64,000 nt of DNA from Paraspadella gotoi (Eukaryota; Animalia; Chaetognatha). The stretch is from the NCBI GenBank assembly GCA_051294375.1, contig CM119271.1, positions 11,935,620 to 11,999,619 on the forward strand. Direction: 5' to 3'. Position numbers and translations under genes: made by a program. Positions 56,505 to 64,000 of this stretch are shown one piece after another. Each line of letters starts with the position of its first letter. Position 1 is the first letter of the stretch. A model generated the notes under the pieces. That model searched no databases and was not told where the DNA came from. It saw nothing but the letters and a program-made list of their open reading frames with translations.

Positions 56505-57813
56505 CTGCGCCAATACATGTAAATCACTTGCAACGGATTAAACTGAACTTTTACTATGGTAGAAATAATTACACATAAAGTACAAATAATAATAAACTAT
56601 TCTTATTTTTTTCACTGGCATCATCTTTTCAACTCGCATCATCTTTTTCAACTCGCATCATCTTTTCAACTCGCATTCATCTTTTCAATCATCTCCGATC
56701 ATTTTTTCAACTCGCATCATCTTTTCACTCGCATTCATCTTTTCAACTCGCATCATCTTTCACGTTTTCAACTCGCATCATCTTTTCAACTCGCATCATC
56801 TTTTCAACTCGCATCATCTTTCAACTCGCATCATCTTTTCAACTCGCATCATCTTTTCAACTCGATCATTCAACTTATCTTTTCAACTCGCATCATCTTT
56901 TCAACTCGCATCATCTTTTCAACTCGCCATCATCTTTTCAACTCGCATCATCTTTTCAACTCGCATCATCTTTTCAACTCGCATCATCTTTTCAACTCGC
57001 ATCATCTTTTCAACTCGCATCATCTTTTCAACTCGCATCATCTTTTCAACTCGCATCATCTTTTCAACTCGCATCATCTTTTCAACTCGCATCATCTTTT
57101 CAACTCGCATCATTTTTACAATTATTTAACTAATTAATTAAAACATTTGAGTAAGCATAAATAATAAAAATTCAAGTCAACTTGACTTTGGTTTTTTTCC
57201 ATGCAAACTCATTTCCACTCCGAGATTCTATAAAAACTTTACATCTGCTTTTCATCTCGATCTGTCCATCCAATTTTGATTAATTTTAGTAATTATGGGT
57301 TAAAAATAGTAAAAAGATTTTAGTAAATGTGACTTATGTTTTTTCCAATATAACTCAATTCCACTCAAACGATTCCATCGAAACTTGATTTCCAGCCTAA
57401 TCACACACTTTCCTACCCTCATATAAAACTAAGTTAATTGCCCCATCCACTCATAAGTAATTGGTGTTCAAATAGTGAAATAGATTTTTTTTTTTCCATT
57501 TAAACTCATTTCCACTCGCACGATTCCATCGAAACTTCATATGCAGTCAATCACAGACTTCCCTACCCACACACTTCCAATCCATCCATCCAATCACGAC
57601 TCGTAATCACGAGTAATTGGAATTTTTGCTAATGGGATACGGACGGACAGAGACGGACAGACGGAAGGACGGACATCGTTTTTTTTTGTTTTTTTTGCTT
57701 AATTTATCATAATTTGAGGTTCTGATATGATAAAAATGATTTACCGACAAGCTTTTGGGGTGGGACCAACAAAGTGGATTATAGAGTCGGAATCTGCTGA
57801 TAAGCAGCAAAAA
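56505..57813 (+). mobile_element. HINE/DINE-1-like non-autonomous Helentron-type element with internal tandem repeats
   Basis: GGAC/AGAC microsatellite (57640-57675), terminal hairpin TGCTG-ATAAG-CAGCA followed by an A run, internal repeated AAACTCATTTCCACTC blocks. A second, interrupted copy lies at 52654-52710 plus ~54205-54875. Confidence 0.55.
56608..57117 (+). repeat. 18-bp minisatellite (CAACTCGCATCATCTTTT)n, roughly 28 units
   Basis: Direct tandem array, perfect over ~56930-57110; about five degenerate units at 54235-54340. Confidence 0.95.
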
Positions 57814-57929
57814 TCATACATTCATTTAATAAACAAGCTATCTTGCCCTAACTTTAGACAGGCTTTGGTGGTTTAAGGCCTCCATCACTCTTACAAGATA
57901 ATGACATATTAGAGAAAATAATCACTGGT

Positions 57930-58630
57930 ATCCTATCCTTGACCAACAATTTCATGCTCTCTCCAAAGTGACTCAGCACCAATACAATGAATTCACACTT
58001 GACCCACTCTCAATCCTCAGAGAGGATTCCTCACCCACATTCCTCACCCCAAGAGATTTCTCGACGGCGCTGCCCTCTCCCGTGAACCGCCTCTCCCGCG
58101 TCCCCGTCTCCGTCTCCATCAGATCGAAGGTCTCATCGAGGTCGTCCTCTTCCTCTTCCTCCTCCGTTTCGCTCATTCTGAAAATATTGTGGTCATCAAT
58201 AGAAACTTGCTCGCCCATATCCCGCTCCAGCACTTTTTCTTGGGCCTCCCTTCATCCTACTTCAGCACTTTGTTTGGCTAGCCTTGACTTCGCTCCAGCT
58301 CTCTTTCTGTTGGGCTTCCCTCAGTTTTGTGGCAGAAACATCGCCTGCCACACTATTTTTTCGCCACATCAATTTCAACCCAGCCAAGCTCCTCTTTCAA
58401 ATTCCACTCACAGCAATAAAGGAATTCCAAGATTCCTGATGATTGCGTCCACGCTACCCTCGTTAAGAAACCGGTTCATGTTCTGTTTCTCTATGTTTTT
58501 ATCTCACTCAAGACTTTGAACTTACCTCAATCTGCTCCTGGTGCTTCTGGTGGCGATTTCCTCCGGCATGAAATCTGTCTCAGCTTTCGTCTCTCCTTCC
58601 GACGAAGAAAGAAGAGGAGATAAAAAGGGG
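57930..58630 (-). pseudogene. Possible decayed non-LTR retrotransposon fragment (ORF1 end, endonuclease start)
   Basis: GC-richer segment without splice structure; broken CxxCGEK-like knuckle, acidic linker, then LRIESGSSVNSL, loosely like the APE N-terminal motif. Confidence 0.35.
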
Positions 58631-59118
58631 AGTCGACCCAGGGAGAATCCTGTAGATATATATATATATATATATATTATTATTATATTATATAAAAAGT
58701 TTTAACTAGAAAAAACTATCAAATGGAAAGGGCTGTCATTGTGGCTGTGAAAATGTTTTTAACATTCTGATTGCTCAGACACATACTTTAATGTCTATAT
58801 TTGGAGGATGAACCAAAATTTTCAAACATTTCATTTTTGTTCATAAAAATAAATCTCATAAAAGGAATGTCCTATTCAAAGGCAAATAATTTGCTTTTTT
58901 GAAATTCGACCATGCAAGTAAGCAAGCTGGACCACTGGAAGTTGGAAAATACAAATAATTTAGCCACATTATTTGATCTTTTCATTTCACTCCCATTTGA
59001 AATCCGTGTAGATGCTCCCTCTATTTCCAGAATACAACACTATCATCCCTCTCTCCATTACATTAATAAATATGAAATAAATAATAATTAAATCTAATAT
59101 TTACATGTAAAATATACT

Positions 59119-59349
59119 TATGTGGACTAAAATCCACCAACCATTCATCAGCGGCCATTGGTGCGGAGGAAAATCATTCGCCTCCCAACCCAAAGGTCTG
59201 AGGTTCTAGCCCGGTGTCGCCTAGCAGTTAAGAGGGACGGGGTGCTTAACCCGCCTGTAACACGGTGTTACAGCCTGATCCGAAGCTCAGGGACTGCTTA
59301 TATTGAATGGTTCTGTCACTAACACATCACAATAATTACTGTCTCTTCA
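59119..59349 (+). mobile_element. Family B copy, nested inside a family F copy
   Basis: Reverse complement of 17494-17727; tRNA-like part ~59151-59221. Confidence 0.8.
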
Positions 59350-60668
59350 TACTCAACTTTTATATTCATTTCAAAAATGTATCTAATTTAGTCTAATATA
59401 ATAAAACAAGTAATCTTGCATTTTTTCATAATTCAGAATACATTATAAATAGACAAGTCTATAATTGTATTAGGTATTCATTGCCTTTTGATAGAAAAAA
59501 ATGTAAAAAACAGAGAAAGTTAATGAATCAAAGTCAAAAATAAAAAAAATAAAAAAACTTTGATCCGAAACTTTTTAAACCACTCAACTTATGGCGTAAT
59601 TCATTTCTTCAGTTTTACAGGGTTGGACAATGGATAATATATCCCGACAAAATGTTAAGTACTGCCCCGTCTTAACTATTTGAGAAACAAAAATAAAATG
59701 AGTGCCAAAACATTTTTAAGACTTACTTTAAAACACAATAAAATAAAATTAATTTGTAATCAATTACATGGTGTTGCAGATCTTTAAAAAACGTATAACA
59801 GTATAAAAACGTCGGTCTATCTCCTTTTATACTGTTTATTTATGCGCATTATATTGCATATGTTAAGAGCCATATTTATAGATTTTTTTTACAGGTTGTT
59901 TCTGACAATAGTAGTGGCCTGTTTTATCCTTAATTTCGTATATTTACAGCTTTATAAAACCATTCAAATTTCAATTTCTCTAAGGTAAGGCAGCTAATTT
60001 TGAAAAAGATTTTAAAAATTATGCTTAAATCATTGTATAATATACAGTAACAAATATATATAATATATTAATAGCCGTAATTTTTGTAGGATGGCTCACC
60101 TTGAAACGGCATGGATCGGCCATAAACGATCAAACTATATATAAGTGCTTTTGTCAATAATTTTAAGTATGCTTTAGAATAGATTCAACCGAAAAGTATT
60201 CAAATATTTTTCTTCAAAAACGTGAGAAGAAAACAAGTGAGCAATATATTAATGTATTTCAAAGCAATCAATATATAAACTGAAAGCTAAAAGCGTAAAG
60301 AATTTTAATATTCAATCAGATTTTCAAAACAATTGACCGTTTTAGAGTAAAGATTTTTGAAATTTTGGCCGGATATATGGTTCCACCTCTGTTCATAAAT
60401 TACTATACTTCTTTTTCAAACATAAAATTCATAAATAAAATCGAGAAATCCGATTTTAAAAAAGTATGATTAATATTGGGCAATTCATAATGCGCTGTGC
60501 AAGATCAACTTTATTTTTTTACAAACCACTATGGTAGGAATTGCATAATACTTCTCTACTTACCTGTGCACGAAATTATTATTCAACGAAGAAAGTACTG
60601 GACTTAATAAAAAAATAACCAGCTGCACTCTCTCATGAACATTGAACAATTGCGATAACTACTAATCT

Positions 60669-60718
<50 letters not shown>

Positions 60719-60833
60719 GCGATTCGGTTTTTTTTGTCAGTTTTGTTAACACATTGAAGCGATCGTCAAACAGGTTAAGCGTAGACCGGTCCTTTATTAA
60801 AAGTTATCAAGGCTTTAAGCTATCAATTTCGAA

Positions 60834-63481
60834 ATGGCGGAGCCTCGCGACATACCAACATGGCTTCAAGAGAACCAACAGTTTTTTCTACCCCCAGTAT
60901 GTAACAAAATGTATCATGGGGACGGACAAATGAAAGGTAAGTCAATGAAAAGTGTTAACAGCACCATTATTCTTTATTTTAAGAAGGGAATTCTTGGATT
61001 TATATGTTTCCCCCTTTTTTTTCGCGATAACAAAGTGTCTCGTGGTGAAGAGTGAAGGCTAATAATGTAGGGTGAGCTAGAGAAGCTCTACTATATTTTT
61101 TTTTAAACAGCCTTTTTCGTGGGCGGTCCGAATCAAAGGAAAGACTATCACATCGAAGAGGGTGAAGAATTGTTCTACCAATGGAAAGGTAAAGATTTCA
61201 ATCTATTATTAAGGTAAAGATTGTTATAACTATTAGACATAGAGAAGACGATTCTCAATTCCCAACCTCGACAAGTTTTTAACGACAGTCGTCAAGATTT
61301 GAATCAAATATTTTTTGATCGCTCGGCAGAAAAACAGGAATGGTCTCGCTTCAATACCGACATAATGTTTTCGAAACTAAAATAAAATTTTTCAACTTGA
61401 TGATTTTGAGGTCCAAGGATCACAATTAAGAGTCAAATTTTTTTTAATAACAATGTTGAGTGTTCAATGAACTGTTTGTTCATGCCACGAGTACAACACA
61501 ACCCAATCATTGAAATAATAATAAGGGTTGAAATTCAATGATACCCCGAGAATTAGTCTCCTCTCGTCTCATTTTTTTTTATTTAGGAGACATGATTCTG
61601 AAAATCGTGGAAAGGGGCGAGCATCGCGACGTGGTCATCAAAGAGGGAGAGATCTTCCTGCTTCCGGCCAGAATCCCTCACTCTCCGCAAAGATTCGAGG
61701 AAACCATCGGACTCGTTCTTGAGAGAGAAAGGTCGTTGGGTTTTCAAGGGGAGTTGCCTGTTGAGGGGTTGTTTGAGGATAAGGCGCCAAGTGTCAGCAA
61801 CTTGGTTCCAAGGGGTATGGACTGTGGAACGGGACCCGGTTTGGAATCAGGCTTGGGGGTTTCCCGCGTCCAAGGTGGATTATGGCCCATCCTTTTTACC
61901 CCCGAAGGGTAGGCACCGGGATAAAATTGAACCCGGTACCTAGTGAATGATGTAGTGATCATGGCTTTGCTCAATGAGCCACCAGGTCAAAACTGAGGGA
62001 TTCATATTGTAGTCGGGATTTTTCAACCCAGAAGAAATTCCCCTGAGTGAATAACCATTTTGGTTATGCAAGACCTCTAATATTATATTTAATATTATCA
62101 TTAAACTCAAATTAATGTCAGACACTTAAAATTAAAAAATATAATATATATATTTAATTTTAATAATAACCGCTACATAATTAAATGGGGGGGTATCAAT
62201 GGTCACGAATGACCACTTTTCGTCAAACAGATCCGAAGACGAAGTGGATGGTCTGAGGTACTACGTGGACGGAACCACCGATAGCCTCTTCGAAAAATGG
62301 TTTCATTGCGACGATCTGGCGAAGGATCTTCCACCAGTCATCAAAGAGTATTTTGCATCTGAGCAGGTAAAGTAAAAGATCATGGAAAGGTGCAATAGTA
62401 CCCATGTTATTTTGGTGAAGCGATCGGTCGTAAGAGGAAAAAAAAAAAGCATTAAAACTATTCACAATTCCTTTTTTCTCAGCATCGAACTCAAAAACCG
62501 ATCCCAGGAACCATCCCAGATCCTTGTCCGGTGAAGATCGACTCCACAACCAAGGTGAACGATCCCTTCCCACTTTCTGATTGGCTCCGTGACAACGCCG
62601 GTCACCTCGACGACGTCGGTGCCAAGGAAATGTTCGGAAATTTGAAAGGAAGACAATTTCAAGTCCACGTTTATAAAGGTTAAAATCCTGTATTCGATCA
62701 AGGAGCGAAAATGACAAAGAAAGAGTGAGAGAGAGAGAGATTGTATGATTGACCGATTGATTACGCGAGATGCCTTCCCCCCCCACTTCTTTAATTTCAG
62801 GGACGACGCCGGCAAGGATCGATTCCATTGACGTCGCGGAGACTTTCGTCTGGCAACTCGCCGGTGATTGATGCCGACAATAACTCGAAACCGTGACAAT
62901 GACATTCACCGAGTGACTCAACTGACACGAATATGGCAACTTCGGTCAATCCTAAATTCGACTCCCTGATAGCTACTTAGTAAAACTTAGCTCGTCCCAT
63001 TAACTTGGACAGCTAAGTACTCGCTTAAATCAACCGTGAGTTCCCAGTTCGATACCCTGACGCTGGTTAAGTGCGATGGTACCGGTTTAAGAACGCCATT
63101 AACATGGGGTGTTCAACTGTTCATAGCAGGTCCAAAGACCTGAGCGCCAGCTGTCGGGAGTTGCCTCATATCCAGGGCATCACAAACGTCCCACCCGTTG
63201 CCATACAAGCTTACGTATATACTCGCAGTGAAGCCGAAAGTCAAATTCTTTTTTAACTAGAATCCCAAAGACTAGTCCTCACCCCCCCCCCTCCCCCGCG
63301 CGCGACTTTCGGATATTTCTTTCCAGGTTCCAGCGTTTTATCGATGGCCGCAGAATCGGAGCCAATATCGTTGAAGACAAACTCGACGTTTCTGGTTCCC
63401 CAAGCGAAAAGTTTCGAGATGAGAAACGAGACGAAAGACGGCGTCTGCCTCGTGGCTCGACAAGATCCGAGGAGGAAATGA
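60834..63481 (+). CDS. HAAO: 3-hydroxyanthranilate 3,4-dioxygenase, 7 exons, 291 aa
   Basis: Exons 60834-60936, 61111-61188, 61587-61731, 62231-62366, 62483-62678, 62801-62863, 63327-63481 splice in frame (876 nt). Motifs [56 protein letters not shown]. Confidence 0.96.
61805..62030 (-). mobile_element. Family D copy in HAAO intron 3
   Basis: TTGGAATCAGGCTTG...ATTGAACCCGGTACCTAGTG...CTCAATGAGCCACCAGGTCA matches family D. Confidence 0.7.
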
Positions 63482-64000
63482 AGGGGGGGGGGAATTCAAA
63501 TCATCTCATCCATTTCATAAAAGTACAACTCAAATGTAAAATTATACATTAGTTCAACGAATACTTAGCTATCTTACGCCCCGGACTATGGTGGAAATGA
63601 TGGGGTTTTTTTCCAATTATTGTCGAATATTTCGAGGTAATTTACTACTAATAACTATTAAATGAAACAACCTTTGCTTCTATTGATCTAGAAAAGGCGA
63701 AATTCACTATCAACAGAGAAAAACAGCGAGTCCTCTTGTAGTTAAAATAAAGTGCACAGCTGTACTTTTGACCCGTGATTCAATTGGCGCCGAAAGAGGC
63801 AAAGACTAGATAATATCTTATAGCTCGCTAGCACCTCGCGAAAAAGCCAAAGGTTTCAGACGCATACGCTCATTTTTTTAAAAAGTTTTCACGTCTCGAG
63901 GGTTTTTTCTCCGAAACCTCAATCTCCCGACTTCGCTTCTCTCTCACAGTCTCACCCCTTTCACGGTGAAGAGTGAAGAGAGTGAAGAGAGTGAAGAGTG

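Noticed and set aside
56556-57137. ORF with repeated FNSHHL / MMRVEK peptide
   Set aside because: Translation of an 18-bp minisatellite; no splice or homology support.
43763-63481. CTH and HAAO as a metabolic gene cluster or operon
   Set aside because: Different pathways, opposite strands and ~13 kb of repeats between them; no evidence of co-regulation.

Overview
AT-rich, microsatellite-rich invertebrate (metazoan) nuclear DNA with GT-AG introns. The assembly looks like a long-read one: there is a gap at 2917-2941, a probable false duplication around it, and several 1-2 bp deletions in coding exons. Three host genes can be spliced by hand. (1) A ~40-exon FNDC3/mtgo-family gene (+, 8246-39902, about 2,300 aa) with an unusually long low-complexity N-terminus and only five FN3 domains. 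(2) Cystathionine gamma-lyase (-, 47951-43763). (3) 3-hydroxyanthranilate 3,4-dioxygenase (+, 60834-63481). An intact, very young CsRn1-clade Ty3/Gypsy element (20640-25870; identical 222-bp LTRs, ATTA target duplication) sits in an FNDC3 intron. The non-coding DNA holds several small repeat families: two Penelope-type minimal hammerhead ribozymes, a chimera of a CCA-tailed tRNA-Leu 3' half with an antisense LTR-like unit, two families with tRNA-like heads behind a terminal hairpin, a multi-hairpin repeat, HINE-like elements, a foldback element, and DIRS and LINE remnants. All calls come from manual reading; no database search or folding program was run.
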